A stretch of 64,000 nucleotides of DNA, from positions 310,001-374,000 of the forward strand of contig OZ025799.1 of NCBI GenBank assembly GCA_964019425.1, in the 5' to 3' direction. How positions within the stretch are numbered: the first letter of the stretch is position 1; each line of letters starts with the position of its first letter. Below, one piece after another: positions 20,516 through 33,442 of this stretch. The DNA is from Flectonema sp. DT1601 (Eukaryota). The position numbers were made by a program, and so were the translations under genes. Under the pieces are notes generated by a model. The model had not been told where the DNA came from. It saw only the letters and a list, made by a program, of their open reading frames with translations, and made no database searches.

Positions 20516-22982
20516 ATTATTTTCTTAGTTACTAATGCTGAATGGGAGAATGAGTTGTGGTGGTAATTAATTCACAAAAACAATAACAACAATAACAACA
20601 GTGATATCGCGCACCTGTTATGGAATAAAATAATAGTTAATAAGTGAATGAAGTTTCTATTTAATATCACACGAAATACGGAACCAACAATCTTGTTGTC
20701 AGTACTAGGAAAGGTACCACCACAGCAACATCATTATTAAAAAATGATTCTCGCAAATGTGATTAATGGTTAGCAACTGTCTTCCAGAATGAAATCCATG
20801 AGGTGCACTTCCCTTTTTTTTTTTTTTTTGTGAAAAAAACAAAGACAAAAAAAAAAAAAAAAATTCTCACGAGCAAAAAAAAAAAAAGAACACCTGAAAA
20901 GGTTAGTGGGGAAGTACCGCATCTTCAATAGAAAGGACAAGGAAAAGAAAAGAAGAACTGTCTTTCTGTCGTTCTGCTCACCGAAGTAGCAACTTACAAT
21001 TCACCATTAGCATCATTGAGAGACGTTTTGATCTCCGATAATACGCCCACACCCCCCCGCCAGCTGCAACTGTCAAAAATAACTAAAAAGTTTTTTTCTA
21101 GTACAACAGTCATTTAGGGGGTGAAAAAAAGAATTAGCTTTAACTTTAAACTGTACAGAAAAAATCGTAATATAACACTTGTTGATGTTTTGTTTATGCA
21201 CAAAACCGTGAACCGACTTAAACTGATAAAGCTAAGGGAGGCTTACGTGTGCCCTACATTCTTTTTAGCTCTTACAATACTTGTTAAATGTAAAACAATA
21301 CCAAAAACAAAAAAAAAAGAAATTTTCGCTATTAAGTTGCCTAACTACTAATCGAATAATTACACACAGCACCTGAGCCTTCCCATGATAAGACTCTTTA
21401 CTTTTTTCTTCTCAGATGCACAGCAAGAAGAAAAAAAGGACTAATCTTACCATACGATTGATTTTTTTGTTTTTTTGTTTTTTTTTTGCTACTTGGGAAA
21501 AGGGTGACTTTTTTTTTTTTTTTTTTTATATAAACAAAAAATGAGCATCACAGCTCCCTATACTTTGATTTTTTTAAAAAGCATTTTAAAAAAAAAAAAA
21601 AAAAAACGTAAGCAAAAAAGCAACATTAAATTCCTGAACAGTAGCTACATAAAGCTATGTGATAAAAGAAGGTACTTAAAAAAAATACGCACTCACTGAG
21701 TACCGTTAGACAAAAAGGGAAAAAGAACGAAAGAAACGGATATAAAGAAATAAAATGAGTCGAAAGAAAGAAATAGATGATACCCCTACTACTACTACTA
21801 CATCATCTTCATTATTACGTATTTTATTAACGTAATAAGGTGGTGGTACAGTCTTTTAGAAAATTCCATTTTGAAAAGCAGAAAAATAAAAATAGGTGTC
21901 TAGGCAGGTGCCTATACGCAAAGCTATTTAACTTAATCGTACAGCGGCAAAACCAGGACAAAAGGTATCAGAGACTCACACCAATCAGAGAGAACAAAGG
22001 AGAAGAAAAGGAACTGAGGCCTCTAACAATGCACTCCTAATAAAGTTTTTTTTTTTTTCCCCCCTTCTTACCAAATGTAACGGTAAATGGTTAATGGTAA
22101 ATTGTTTTTTTTTTTTTTATTACTGTTCAACCCTGGATTAAAAACAAAAGGTTGACATCCGCCTATTCGGCAGTTTTAGTAAACTTTTCTTTTATTTATT
22201 TTTAATTTTTTTTTTTTTTTTTTTTTTTCCCCCTTTCCCTCTTTTCATTGATACTGAGTATGTTTTTTTCTTTTTTTTATTTTACTCTATCTGGCCAGTC
22301 TTGGGGAAAATTTACACCTTGCAGTGAAAATCAGAAAGTGCAGTCTCACTCCTGGGCTGAGCGTGAAGTTTTTTTTAACCGAATTTAATTGCCGTTGCGA
22401 ACGTGAAATAATGTAACATTATTTGCACGTCTGGACATGCTTTTTACGGGAGACTCATTTTTTTTGACCGAAGTGGAATTTTTGTTTTGTTTTTGAGGTA
22501 TTCCTGATACGATTGTCCTTTCATTTTTTTGAAAGGAGATCCATTTATCACGACATAAACTTTTCCTTCGAAGCCTCTTGTTGTAAAATAAAAACGATTG
22601 TATTAGATCCAAAAACCACACAAATTTTCATTTGGGATGGGTTCTTACCTCACGAGCGAAGCGAGAGGTAAACACTCGTTAAAAACCCACCTACGTGGTG
22701 AAAATCAGGCCGTATGATTTTCATTAAATCAATAAGTTATTTTTTTTTTTTTTTAATTTGTTTCGCAAAAAAATGAAAATATAAAAACAAAGAAACCGAC
22801 TATAACTGAAACTGCCTAAACTGATGAGTTTTTTTTTTTTTTTTTTTTCTTTTCCGAGGAGAGTAGAGGAAGAGCAGATCTGTATCAATGAAATTATATA
22901 AATATAATAATATCTCGCATGCGATCGCATCGCGCACAGAAGCAAAGCGATACGATATCAATAGACATAAACAACAACAGTC

Positions 22983-25900
22983 TCACATAACTAAACAGGT
23001 TCTCGAAACAACTTTTTTCTCTCCTTTTGGTTCATTGGAATCCACCTGTCTGGTTTCAGGACAATCACCATCATTGGCATCACACTGTTGATTGCACGTC
23101 AGCATCATGAGTTGTGATCGCTGTTCGTCCCACGATTCTTGTAGTTCCATTTCCCTCTGAACTTCGAGGGCTTCCAATAGCAAGTTGTGAGCCAGGTATG
23201 ACCTCCCTGCTATTTGTACCATCATACCCTGAACTTGATCTTTAGTGTATAAAATATTTATAGGCAACCCATCTTGAGGAGCTGCCTGTTCTCGAATTAG
23301 AATGCCAGGATTTCTTGATAGCAGAACTAATAATGTACTAAGGACACAAGCCGTTAATGATTCAACTTCTTTTTCTTGTAAAAAAGTTGGATTTCCATCG
23401 CTGTCTCTGTTCATAAAGAATTCACGAATGGCATGCAAATCTTCAACTAACTCTTGAAAAATATCAAACCTCGAACTATCATCATTTTTAATCATCTTAC
23501 CTCTCACAATCCTTGCCGATGTTATCTGTGCGATGGCTGATAACGTAAACGCTAAGTACAAAGACCGATGATCAGGTGACAAGAAGTCAATCATGACAGT
23601 AAGGATGCTCTCCAACTTATCAAGTAGGGTATTGATACCAACACCTGAATCGGTATATAATTTTTGTAGACAAGGATACAAATCAAAACAAGTAACTTTT
23701 GTTGCCATAAACTTAAGAAGAAGACCCACAGTAGTCTCACTTAAATTGATTGAAGTGATGTCGAACAGTCCATACGGTGAAGTACCAGTAGTCGTTGATC
23801 CTGACAATGGACTTGATAATTTCATTGTCGTACTTCTTATTGGAGGTGAGACTATGGTTGTTTCTGGAATTTGAAAATTTTGATTATCAACCAATTTCCA
23901 TATAACTTGTTGATATCCAGAAATCGTCCTCACATATATATCATGTAATCCACGTTGAATAAACGTTATGTTATTGGCTCTTAGAGCTGTTCTTTTTAAT
24001 GTGTGACTTTCATCTTTGAATAACCACCCAAACCTTGATCTTATAAACCTCGGATCAAGCGTCTCTGATACGTTCCAGCTAACATGACCAACTGGACCTA
24101 CTAATGTTGTTATATATTTTCTAAAGGCGTTATTTAATATTGCCTTACTATCATCTTCGAGTGTCGCTATCAGTCCTTCGCAATGTGTCATAAAGTATTG
24201 CGCTAGAGATTCGTTTGATAATTGATCTGGTGATGGAGCAGGTGAGCAGTTTATCGTTGCTTTTGATGCGACTGTCGCATCCCAACTAGTTTCTATACCG
24301 TGAGCAACTAAGACAGCTATTCTATTAGCCATTAGAGTTAAGTCAACGCAAGATGATGAGATGCTCGCTTCTTGAGAGGTTCCGATAGGAGAGAAATCAT
24401 CAACAGATACAACTTTCATTACGTAAAGCTCTAGAGTAGTGTCAACTAATGATTTCCATTTCTTTTGAAGCTGAACTTGAATACCATGCAAAGCATCAGT
24501 AGAAGCCTTCGAAACCTGTGCACTATCACCCGGTGACAATGGAGACATAGCACCTGGTGAACATGGAGCATTTTGTGGTGATAATCTCAAAGGTTCAGAT
24601 CTAGTCTTCGCATCCTTTGTAGAACTACTACTCGTATCTTTATCATCATTACTTGTTATCGTTGTATGTAACGATCCAGGTAAGTCAACAACATAATTAA
24701 GAGAATCAGTCTCTTGATCTGTACTAACACTACTGGTTCTTGTATTTCTTCTTAATAGACTTGTTAGTGACTTTCCTCGAAGGGGTTTCTCAGAAGAAAG
24801 TCTTTTTTTACCAGGAGGAGGGTCCCGAGCGTTGGCATAATACATAAGATACTGATCAACATTCGCACGAAGTAACTGCAACAACAGCATAGTGTATATC
24901 ATGTTGGTTATAAGAACAGAGAGAGAAACTATATCGTCAGCTGGTGTGGGTCTGGGAGCTCTACCGTTGGCTTGAAATGGTAACGGCGGTGATGATGATC
25001 GTTTTGGTGGCGGAGGCGGCATCCTAGCCCTACTTGGACTATCCACTTTTATAGACATCTCAGAACTATCATGTAAACCACTACTGCTAACTGATGGATC
25101 AGTTTTTGGTTGTATCGATTCACTACTTTGATTAACCTCAGAAGGTATACCTGGAGGCTTTAACGATTCTAACGATACAGACATATCATCATTTAGTAGC
25201 TTGCAATATATTCCTAACACAACTCTAACTGCATTTGGTAACACACACGTCAAGGAACTACTGTAATATTTAACATCAGCGTGCAACTCTAACAATAATA
25301 CTTCTAATAAATATCTCACATGATCATTTGATAGTCTGACCCTGTCGTTAACCTGTTGTAGAGTAATAGCCGGGTTTGAATCCTCTTGAGTCTGTCCAGG
25401 TGCTAATCTTGATGCTCCAAGTCTTTGATTAGGTCCCGCTGAATAATTATTGCACATTGAACTACTGTATCCTGCTCTCCTTTCTTGAGTTGGGCTTGAA
25501 GAAGTATTTAACTGTGAGAGCCAAAGGTCGAGGGTTCGACCCCCGGAGGAGTTTTCTGATGATTCTTCCCTTCTTGAAGTTATAACTTTATACTTAACTC
25601 TAATGTAATGTTTCACAGTTGACGAGACTATTAACCCAGTTAGTTCACAGTAGGCAGGGATGGATATTCCACTGGCAGCGCGATCATCTAAACCAGACTG
25701 CGATGATAGCATTTCTCGTACTTGAGAAGCAATGTCGTCACCCAATTGTTTTCCAACTCCTTGGACAGCTGAATTAATTTGATCAATCTCTGTGTCGCTA
25801 TCATTTTTATTTGATTCACTTTGTCTACTACTATACTGTAATATCACTGCATACATTTGAGCAACAAATAATAGATCCTCGGGACTAGTAGACATCTGCG

Positions 25901-27575
25901 CGTGATAATCTCCCAACTTCACAACTAATTCTTCTTTCATATTTAACAATACCTGATAGCGACACATTATTTCATCTGGTTCAGCTGTCGTTACTTGACA
26001 GTATGCTTTAAAGCCAGGGTAGAAGTAGCAATCAATACTCAGTAGTCTGAACATGTCTGATATCGCGAGTGAATTCTCAAGGTGCTCTGTAAACACAACG
26101 TGTATAAAACAAGATGCGTGCATGAAAAATGAAATTCCAAACATACTACGAAATGACGTTAATATATCAACAACGTATTTCATTCTTGTTTCTTGACGAC
26201 GGGATCGATAGACTCCATGCTGACGACGTGATTTTGATGAGCTACGAGAAGTGTTCGAGTCAGTCTCTTCAGCCTCAACAAAAAATGTTTGAAACAACGT
26301 CGCGTAAATCATTATATTTAATGGGTATGTGTATCCCAACAGACCACTAATGCTACCCCGAGACGACACTCCAGAACTAGCTCCGCGAGGTGTTACAGAA
26401 ACAGTAAACGTCGGAGTTGGTATAGGAAGAGATCTAAGTAGGGGCGTTATCGATGTTAGTGAATTAGGTTCTGCTGAAGATGTTTGACCGTCAAAGTCAT
26501 CATCTTGCTCTCCAGAAACATTTAAAACAGTTAGAATATGATGAGTCCCATCAGTAACAACAACATCATCATGATCAGCACTACTACTGATATTATTATT
26601 CGTAAAGTCTATAGCTTCTGGTGTAGGTGGAGGATCTGCTTCTGTTGTTGAAGCTGCAGCACTTTCTTCAGTAGCTTGACTTGTACCAACAAAAGGATAT
26701 TGTGTGTACCTAACAACCATTCCTGCTATTAATGTTCGTATTAATTCTGCATTCTCTGGTAATGGATTTCTATTAAAAACAACCAGTCTTGATCGTAACT
26801 TCTTCGTGTCATGTGACAGCTGTTGAGATAACTTCTGAGCTTGAGAATCCGACAACGATGGTTGTCCATTACAAGCTTTTTTAATTGCAAAATTCATTGC
26901 GCATGCGAAAATCGCTAAATGTCTCAATTCAGGTTGTGATTGTTTTTGATGAACGTTTTTTAAATCGTTGAACACTTGTTCGGTTGGTTGATTGTCAGTA
27001 TCATCAGATCTACTCACACGAACTTCAGGAGTATCTTCTTTTTGAGAAAGTGACTGCGATACAATCGTATCAATAAGATACAGTCTAAATAATATACTCT
27101 CAACAGGAACCTTTCCCTGAACTCTTGTTATCGTCAGCAGTAAAGTAGAAACTGCAAAATCATGTGCTGATTCCGACAGTGAAAGACCTTTTCTAAAGCT
27201 GTGGAGGGTGTTTAGTGTAGTTTCAGCCGTTTCTCGATTTTCTGATTCCGATAGAATAGATGAATTACACATTAGAAGGCACTCATATGACATTAATTGA
27301 AGATACTCTGCGGAAACAGAAAATTCATCTTCTTCTGCTTCCGAAATACCCATGATTGAATCACCCAATGAAGACACTGAGCGATTCACTCGTTTTCTAC
27401 TACTCGGAGATGGTCCATCACTCCCTATATCATGTGCTGTAATAAACGACTTACTCTTTGATCCATAACTCCGCTTCACTGCTTCATCATTCATAAAACT
27501 TGAAGACTTGTTTCGTTCTAACGACACCGCAATGTCTTCGAATTCCTGAACACTTACCCTATTATTACTTGCCAT
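22983..27575 (-). CDS. Munc13/unc-13-like (DUF810/MUN-domain, PATROL1-like) tethering protein with C-terminal CAAX (CLVM)
   Basis: YTYPLNIMIYATLFQTFF, ILTSFRSMFGISFFMHASCFIHVVF, SSSCVDL and ALRANNITFI resemble plant DUF810/MHD segments. About 1530 aa with Ser-rich inserts. ATG (MASNNR) at 27575. Confidence 0.65.
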   Translation of the reverse strand: MASNNRVSVQEFEDIAVSLERNKSSSFMNDEAVKRSYGSKSKSFITAHDIGSDGPSPSSRKRVNRSVSSLGDSIMGISEAEEDEFSVSAEYLQLMSYECLLMCNSSILSESENRETAETTLNTLHSFRKGLSLSESAHDFAVSTLLLTITRVQGKVPVESILFRLYLIDTIVSQSLSQKEDTPEVRVSRSDDTDNQPTEQVFNDLKNVHQKQSQPELRHLAIFACAMNFAIKKACNGQPSLSDSQAQKLSQQLSHDTKKLRSRLVVFNRNPLPENAELIRTLIAGMVVRYTQYPFVGTSQATEESAAASTTEADPPPTPEAIDFTNNNISSSADHDDVVVTDGTHHILTVLNVSGEQDDDFDGQTSSAEPNSLTSITPLLRSLPIPTPTFTVSVTPRGASSGVSSRGSISGLLGYTYPLNIMIYATLFQTFFVEAEETDSNTSRSSSKSRRQHGVYRSRRQETRMKYVVDILTSFRSMFGISFFMHASCFIHVVFTEHLENSLAISDMFRLLSIDCYFYPGFKAYCQVTTAEPDEIMCRYQVLLNMKEELVVKLGDYHAQMSTSPEDLLFVAQMYAVILQYSSRQSESNKNDSDTEIDQINSAVQGVGKQLGDDIASQVREMLSSQSGLDDRAASGISIPAYCELTGLIVSSTVKHYIRVKYKVITSRREESSENSSGGRTLDLWLSQLNTSSSPTQERRAGYSSSMCNNYSAGPNQRLGASRLAPGQTQEDSNPAITLQQVNDRVRLSNDHVRYLLEVLLLELHADVKYYSSSLTCVLPNAVRVVLGIYCKLLNDDMSVSLESLKPPGIPSEVNQSSESIQPKTDPSVSSSGLHDSSEMSIKVDSPSRARMPPPPPKRSSSPPLPFQANGRAPRPTPADDIVSLSVLITNMIYTMLLLQLLRANVDQYLMYYANARDPPPGKKRLSSEKPLRGKSLTSLLRRNTRTSSVSTDQETDSLNYVVDLPGSLHTTITSNDDKDTSSSSTKDAKTRSEPLRLSPQNAPCSPGAMSPLSPGDSAQVSKASTDALHGIQVQLQKKWKSLVDTTLELYVMKVVSVDDFSPIGTSQEASISSSCVDLTLMANRIAVLVAHGIETSWDATVASKATINCSPAPSPDQLSNESLAQYFMTHCEGLIATLEDDSKAILNNAFRKYITTLVGPVGHVSWNVSETLDPRFIRSRFGWLFKDESHTLKRTALRANNITFIQRGLHDIYVRTISGYQQVIWKLVDNQNFQIPETTIVSPPIRSTTMKLSSPLSGSTTTGTSPYGLFDITSINLSETTVGLLLKFMATKVTCFDLYPCLQKLYTDSGVGINTLLDKLESILTVMIDFLSPDHRSLYLAFTLSAIAQITSARIVRGKMIKNDDSSRFDIFQELVEDLHAIREFFMNRDSDGNPTFLQEKEVESLTACVLSTLLVLLSRNPGILIREQAAPQDGLPINILYTKDQVQGMMVQIAGRSYLAHNLLLEALEVQREMELQESWDEQRSQLMMLTCNQQCDANDGDCPETRQVDSNEPKGEKKVVSRTCLVM

Positions 27576-27819
27576 TGTCAAGTACAACCAGGATCAGGGG
27601 CCATATATATGTTGCGGGAGTGAAGGTGACCTGTGAACAGTATAACGTTTAATCATAAAAAAAGAGCAGGTTCTACCAAACAATGAAATAGTTTCCTTAG
27701 TGGAATCTAAAAAGGGAACAACATTTCTCGTACTGTAGCGAGAAAACAAATGAAAGCTGAAGTGAAGTTAGAATGGACACAGCTGTCTCAGTGTATTGAG
27801 GTAAACAATAACGATTGGA

Positions 27820-28878
27820 TCAGAAAAGTAACATCGCCTCTCCCTTTTCAACAATTTCAACGGAATTCTTACGAAAATGATTATCTATGAATGTGTGACT
27901 GGCTGTAATCATTTCACGATGTGTTTCTAGTTTCCAAGAACGACCAAAAGGCGAAAACCACGCAAAGTCTGACCAAAGTTGATGATTAGTTCCAGGAAGA
28001 TAAAAAGAAGCAGAGTTAGACGACGTTAAAAGAGATTTTGTTAACGACGATTCACTTCCATTAGCAAATTGACTACTTAAAAATGAAATCGATGGTTTTG
28101 ATAATATAAATGATGAGTTAGGTATTGGGTAAGACCATATATCATACAGCAATACACATTTAAATTCATCTAACTTTGACCCGGCAACCACCGCTGTAGC
28201 AGCCCCAAATGAGTGTCCAGCAAAAGCAATATTACTGGTGTCTACTGATTTAAAGATATTCCGACTTTTTAATTTAACATATGACAAAACAGTTTCAATT
28301 TCTGAAAGTCTTTTATCAAAGAATGGAGCTCTAAAGTTTTGTACTTCAGAACGATTGGAGTAAATTAGGGTTTTTGGAGGTCTTTTGTATGGAAGTGTCT
28401 CACCACAAGATGATGAAGTACCGTCTTCATGATTAATAGCAACCACCATAACACCTGAAGAAGCTAATTCTCTGCACAACTGAGTGTACATATCTGAAGT
28501 TCCATATAATCCATGTGAAAATATTACCAATGGGATATCTGGAAGGGGTTTCGCATTCTCACGTTCCCAATCTGGATGTAACTGTCTCCATAAGAATGTT
28601 GGTACGATATAAGTTAGAAGTCGACTATTGAACGCAGCTCCCAATCCCATGGCACTCTCAATTGGAGTGTACGTTCCATTCTTACCAACTCTTTCTGAAG
28701 TGGTTGGGTAAACGCAGTGGACAACTGGTCCACCCTTTATTCTAAACTTCTCATAGCCAAGTTTCTTATAAGGTCCAATGACTGCTGGAAATGAACGCAC
28801 TGGTGCTACGGCGTACCTCGCAAACCCAACAGCTATTCCTACAAAACCTACAGCACATATTACTGTTTGAGTAATCAT
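27820..28878 (-). CDS. Platelet-activating-factor acetylhydrolase-like alpha/beta hydrolase
   Basis: PLVIFSHGL, YTQLCRELASSG, HEDGT, nucleophile motif GHSFG, D-x-W and GTNHQLWSDF. N-terminal hydrophobic anchor. Confidence 0.88.
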   Translation of the reverse strand: MITQTVICAVGFVGIAVGFARYAVAPVRSFPAVIGPYKKLGYEKFRIKGGPVVHCVYPTTSERVGKNGTYTPIESAMGLGAAFNSRLLTYIVPTFLWRQLHPDWERENAKPLPDIPLVIFSHGLYGTSDMYTQLCRELASSGVMVVAINHEDGTSSSCGETLPYKRPPKTLIYSNRSEVQNFRAPFFDKRLSEIETVLSYVKLKSRNIFKSVDTSNIAFAGHSFGAATAVVAGSKLDEFKCVLLYDIWSYPIPNSSFILSKPSISFLSSQFANGSESSLTKSLLTSSNSASFYLPGTNHQLWSDFAWFSPFGRSWKLETHREMITASHTFIDNHFRKNSVEIVEKGEAMLLF

Positions 28879-28950
28879 AGTGTTGTTGCTGTTTATAAAA
28901 AGTGAAGAATAGTTTTATAGAAACCTTTTTAATATTCAACACCCATATTT

Positions 28951-29800
28951 TCATATGCAAGTTTCACAGACCCGGTGAATAGCAGTTTGTGTAAGATTAT
29001 TGCAAATATCCAAGTCCGCCTTTGCCTCAAGCAGTAGCTTAATAACTTTCATTGATCCGCACTCCGCAGCAATACTGAGAGGGGTTGAGCCAACCGAGTC
29101 TTTCTTATTAAAATCAGCTCCATTTTCAATTAATATCTTTACGATTGGTGACAAGTCTACAACAGCAGCAATAAACATCACTTTATCTGTGCAGGCACCC
29201 AAGCTAATAAGGTACTTTACAATAATTTCCTTTGAGAGAGCGGTTGCAAACTCTATTGGAGTGCAATTCCCAATCGACGGATTGTCGATTTGTACGGAAG
29301 GTGTACCGCAGATAATTTTTACAACATCAAAACAACCACTCCTGGTTTTAAAAAAATTATCATAACAATACTAAGTGAAAAATGAAAACACAAAACTCGT
29401 AGACATACCGTACAGCAATGTGCAAGGGAGTAGCTCCGTTAGTCTTTTCGTTTATAGAAATTCCAGCAGTGATGTAGTCAGAAACATCTCCTGCAAGTCC
29501 CTCACGAATTACCGATATAAAATTACTTTGAGTAACTTTTTCTTTTCCTCCTAACCGTTTGATAGCATGACCCCTTGAGGTTAGATCAAGTTGGAGTTCG
29601 CTATCGTTAGTAATTCCGTAATCTCTGATGAGGATGTTATTTATAAGAACATCACCAGCATAGAATAGCTCAATAAACTCAACGTCGAGATTGTATTCTT
29701 CTGAAAGTCTTTCTTTCAAATCCAACACACGATAATCAAAATCAATATCTGTGACACATGTCGACGAGTCTAACATGCTGACAATAACCGACATAGTCAT
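28951..29800 (-). CDS. Ubiquitin-like domain plus ankyrin-repeat protein, 2 exons: 29800-29409, 29341-28951
   Basis: UBL N-terminus (LFYAGDVL...RDYGI) and ankyrin repeats (GATPLHIA, GSTPLSIAA, VKILIENGAD). A 67-nt GTATGT...CCAG intron joins the ORFs in frame. Confidence 0.8.
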
Positions 29801-30110
29801 AGTAACCTGTAGTAAATAAAAAGAGACCTCTCCAATTGAATATTTCGATACCGTAATTAAATATAAGAAGGGGTAAATTGATACTCTTTTTTTTTTTTTT
29901 TTTTTTGAGGAGGAGTTTTTTAAAGGTTACTTTTTAGAAATACTCTATTTAAGAAATTATGTTTTTTTTAAGAGGAAAAAATAACATCCGAGCGTCTGCG
30001 ACTGCTTTTTGTGTAAATTATCGCATTTGGCTTGTGTTACTGACTCGCATCAGAATGTAAGAAACGTGATTTCAAAAACAAGAATAGCAAGCGGGTTCTT
30101 ATTCTTGACT

Positions 30111-30863
30111 TCACCACCACAGAAGTCTCTTTGACAATTTCCGTCTCGTTCCAATGTTGCCAATGTAGGATTGCTTAAATAGATTTCTCATTCTCTTTCG
30201 ATTAGAGTCTGAAGTATGAGTCGAGTTTGACATGAATACTTCCGTTAAGTCTTTACCACCGTAGCGTTGTAAGGAACCTCCAGGGTGTTCCTTAGACCAA
30301 CGAGTAATGTCAAAGACTCTTTTATTTATAATAATCCATAAGTCATTTGAGCAAACATGAGTTGCGACATTTTCTCTAGTCAGAATCTCAGGCAGAGACG
30401 GCGTACTATTACTTTGAGGAATTTCATTCAAAGATTGCAATTTCGGTGGTCTGTTTTCTTGTCGATTTTTCATCTCCAAATCAGCTAATTTTAAATCCAA
30501 CGGCTTGATTTTATTTATCTTTTTAACACTATCAGTGGTAGGATAATCAATCTTTATCTTACCAGTCCCACCAAGAATGCCAACTACTGTTAAGAATCTT
30601 TCAACAAATAGTAGTCCGATGAACACACAGAGAACAACATGAGAATTACTTACCAGTATATGTCTCACAATAAATAAAAAATCGAGCATTTGATGCTTTT
30701 GTGTAGCTGTTAAGGTGTGAATATCATTCCTAAGAAATAATCTCAAAAAACAGTACAGGACAGGAAATATAACTGAGACCTGTGATGAAAAAAGAATAAC
30801 GCTAACAATAAAACAAACTACATAGCCATTCAATGAGATCAAAACTGTCGGCTGCCATAACAA
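30111..30863 (-). CDS. Membrane-anchored cytochrome b5-like heme-binding protein
   Basis: VATH...LWIII..RVFDITRW..EHPGG...GGKDLTEVF...H...YIG matches the cytochrome b5 fold. N-terminal TM. The true start is probably the ATG at 30689 (MLDFLF), since the ORF-track start is a TTG. Confidence 0.8.
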   Translation of the reverse strand: MLWQPTVLISLNGYVVCFIVSVILFSSQVSVIFPVLYCFLRLFLRNDIHTLTATQKHQMLDFLFIVRHILVSNSHVVLCVFIGLLFVERFLTVVGILGGTGKIKIDYPTTDSVKKINKIKPLDLKLADLEMKNRQENRPPKLQSLNEIPQSNSTPSLPEILTRENVATHVCSNDLWIIINKRVFDITRWSKEHPGGSLQRYGGKDLTEVFMSNSTHTSDSNRKRMRNLFKQSYIGNIGTRRKLSKRLLWW

Positions 30864-32876
30864 AAGGAGCTACGCCCTGTATTCATGTGGATGGTATTGG
30901 GGGGCGGGAACGGGTTTTTTTGTTGGATTCTTCTTTTGTTGTTGGGGTGGGAAGCTTTTTAATTATCATGGATGTATTCTGGACAAAATAGGTTTTGTTT
31001 TCCCTCTTTTTTTTTTTTTTTTTTTTTTCTTTTTTTCGCTTGAAGTCGAATAGGCCTTGTTATTTTTCTGTTTTTTCCCTTTTCTTTTTTTTCTTCTGTC
31101 TGAAACCTAGGAACCGGGAGAATTCCAGGCTATGTTCTCTACTCTACAAAGAATCATCATATATAATAAAGGTAACAATGCAACTTAGTTCTTACCAAGT
31201 ATAAATGCTTCGGACTTTGGAGGCCTTATTTATGCACCGAGAACAAGACGTAAAATCGAACTTAGTATCCTGAAATCATTGATCTTTCGTAAGGGCATTT
31301 TGATAATGGCACACTAACTGCTGAAAACTTTCGAGTTCTTCTCAACAGAATACCGAACTTGGTGAACAAATTAAAAAAAGAAAAAAGAAAGAAAAAAAAC
31401 AGAATCCCCCGCACTTTCACACCTGTATTAATTATTGTAAACGTGTGAGATGTTAGTATCACACATTATTCACAATAAGGGTACGGTGATGTGAGAGTAC
31501 AACCAGGATAGCAATCACCATATTCACAGAGCTCTACTCTAGAAACCTGTTTGCGGTGTCTGGTCAGCCTACGCGGCTGTTCGACTCACGTTAACAAATA
31601 CGAGATCCATCAAAGAATGTAAACACTAAGAAGAATCACGTCACAATGATTGATATTGCCCACCAAGAAACAGCATCTCAAGCTTAGCTGACGACCAAAC
31701 ACATTCAACGACATAAAGAAGAATAGCCAACTCTGTTTTTGTTCTTCTAAGTAAATGATATCCAGTTAAACTACAGAGAATGTGAGTCAAACAATACTGT
31801 GCCTTTCGTTTTTTTTTTTTTTTTTTTCCTTTTTTTTTTTTTTGATTTTTTTTCCATTGTTTGCAAATTCGCAATAGCCAAGAAAATGGCTGTAGAAACA
31901 GAAAAATATGAAGGGAAAAAAAAAAAAAAAGAAGAAAAAAAAAAAAGAAAAAAAAAAGGATACCTGGAAAAAAGAAAGGATATCGTTTCGGATTGCCAGT
32001 GCTCGGGGAAGCCGGCATTTCTGTAGGGCTGCGTAGACTGCTGGCTACTCGACCTCTACCAGTAGAAAACTGAAACCGTACGTTCCCAAGTTTTCCAATG
32101 TAAGATGCTAATTTCTACCAAAGAAGCGAGGGGGTCAGACTTCTTCTTTTTGATGATACCACGAGACCGTAACAAGGCAGGGTCGGGGAATGGAAACGTA
32201 GTTGAAAGAAAGAAAAAAAGAGAATTGGATGGGGGGAAAAAAAAATACAAAGAGAGTGAAATAAAACGAAGACAGAATATAGAAACCACAAGGTTTGATA
32301 CAGTACCAAAAGAAATGGGGGTTTAGAAAAGAAATGAATCTTAAAGACATTCATTCAGGGGATACATATATCAGAGGCCACCACGTGTGGTCTGTTGCAT
32401 AACAACCTTTTCGCAATCGCTTATTATCGATAAGATAAATAAAACACTGCATGAGTGCACTATCCTTCAATTATCTAACAAAGAGAGGAGGGGGCAAGGC
32501 AAAACAAGCAAAATGAATGAAATCACTGAGGGAAAAACATCCTACAATGTTCACAATAATTTTTATTCCTCGTTTTTATTAGTTAAAAGGCTGAAATAAG
32601 GAAAGCAGTTTGATAAATCCATTTTGTTCTCTTTTTTTTTTTTTTTTTTCTTTTATTGTTGTGGTTGTACCCTATTCACTTCTTCGTTTCTGGTATAATT
32701 TCAGAGGTCCCATTTTGTACTTCGTCCACGGTTTATTAATCCTTTTTGTCGTGTTTTTTTTTTTTTTTTTTTTTTTTTCAGTGCAAAGACCACCCATCTC
32801 TTGCCTTTTTAAAAGGTTTTTTCCCAACGTATATCGACCAGAATACACAACAAAAGAATTCGTGGGGGTACGGGAA

Positions 32877-32907
<31 letters not shown>

Positions 32908-33442
32908 AATTATTCCTTGGGTCAAAGGGGGAATTGAGCAACGTGCGCACAAACGGAAAAAAAAGGGGAAGATACGAAGGGGAAAGAAGAGAAAAAAAAA
33001 AAAAATGCGCACAGGCGGTTAGTGGCTCAGGACCGGGATTTTCTGCTAAATCCTCGAATATGGAATACCAAAGGAAATATCAGTGTATCGTTAACAACAG
33101 CAGTCATGCTAATATTGTTTTTTTTTTAAAGCCCGTTTTTTTTTTGTTCATTCTGTTTTCACAATGTCTTTTACTATGCGCAGTAGTACTAACAACACCT
33201 GCAAAAGACTTTTTTCTTCAAAGGAATTTTTTTTGGGGGGGAATTGGATAAGGGGAGGAGGAGAATTGAGAAATAAATTTAAGGGACTTAGGGAGATAAC
33301 AAATAGAAAAAAATAAAAAAAAGTGAAATCATGGAATTTGAAGCATTTTTTCCACAATGCAAAAAAAAAAAAAAAAAAAAAAGAAGGGGAAAAAGAATGA
33401 AAAAACACATAACAAAACGCAAGTATCGGTGTGTATGTCAAA

